From a virus (Duplodnaviria; Caudoviricetes), in IMG/VR virus record IMGVR_UViG_3300025723_000026, positions 12,301 to 76,300 of that record: a DNA stretch of 64,000 bases; one strand, given 5' to 3'. The position numbers and the translations under genes were made by a program. The notes below the pieces were generated by a model. It searched no databases. It saw only the letters and a program-made list of their open reading frames with translations, and was not told the DNA's origin. Of the stretch, positions 63,902 through 64,000 are shown piece by piece (the first letter of the stretch is position 1; every line of letters begins with the position of its first letter).

Positions 63902-64000
63902 AATTTATAGACGTAATATTCGAAAATAGTCAAATTAAAGAGGCTAAACTTTACGGGCCATCGAAAAAAGCTGCTGAAAGACCAGAAACAGGAATTACCA
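63898..64000 (+). CDS. Hypothetical protein, truncated at window edge
   Basis: ATGA-coupled start MKFIDVIFENSQIKEAK... Confidence 0.6.
   Translation, partial: MKFIDVIFENSQIKEAKLYGPSKKAAERPETGIT

Noticed and set aside
1-64000. Alternative genetic code (stop reassignment)
   Set aside because: Long genes are intact in code 11; TAG ends nrdA; TGA is used in ATGA-coupled stops (59643, 63898); no suppressor tRNA found
1-64000. CRISPR array or cas locus
   Set aside because: No repeat-spacer pattern; tandem repeats are coding; the Cas4-like nuclease at 63212 stands alone

Overview
A 64-kb AT-rich fragment of a large tailed phage genome, T4-like by its repeated TATAAATA/TAAATA late-promoter motifs. 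The host is probably diderm, since the phage encodes an outer-membrane beta-barrel and a lipoprotein. Standard genetic code (11). Layout: (i) 1-5 kb, nucleotide metabolism: dCMP deaminase, an nrdAB pair with class Id hallmarks, and a homing endonuclease. (ii) 5.5-22.6 kb, a translation and stable-RNA locus on the minus strand. It has 25 tRNA genes covering 19 amino acids (no Phe), including rare Gly(ACC), Ser(ACT) and an Ile(TAT) with a long variable arm, interleaved with endonuclease genes. It also has ribosomal protein bS21, Hsp20, a tmRNA split by a 206-nt group I intron in its T-loop with a 35-codon tag, and a ~520-nt structured non-coding RNA candidate with its own promoter, boxA-like element and terminator. 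(iii) 20-30 kb, accessory genes: porin plus permease, 2OG-Fe(II) oxygenase, deoxynucleotidase, HiPIP-like protein, RadA-like ATPase. (iv) 30.5-51.3 kb, a plus-strand block of ten large tail fibre, adhesin and baseplate-type genes with shuffled modules. (v) 51.3-64 kb, phosphoesterases, a CpG-depleted island, cysC, a lysis cassette with a unimolecular-spanin-like lipoprotein, and a PD-(D/E)XK nuclease. Most striking: the intron-split tmRNA, the large ncRNA candidate, the A34/U34 tRNAs matching the phage's GGT/AGT/ATA codons, and a 25-bp 5'UTR-3'UTR helix enclosing the whole hsp20 ORF. All family calls come from motif recognition by eye; no database searches were run.
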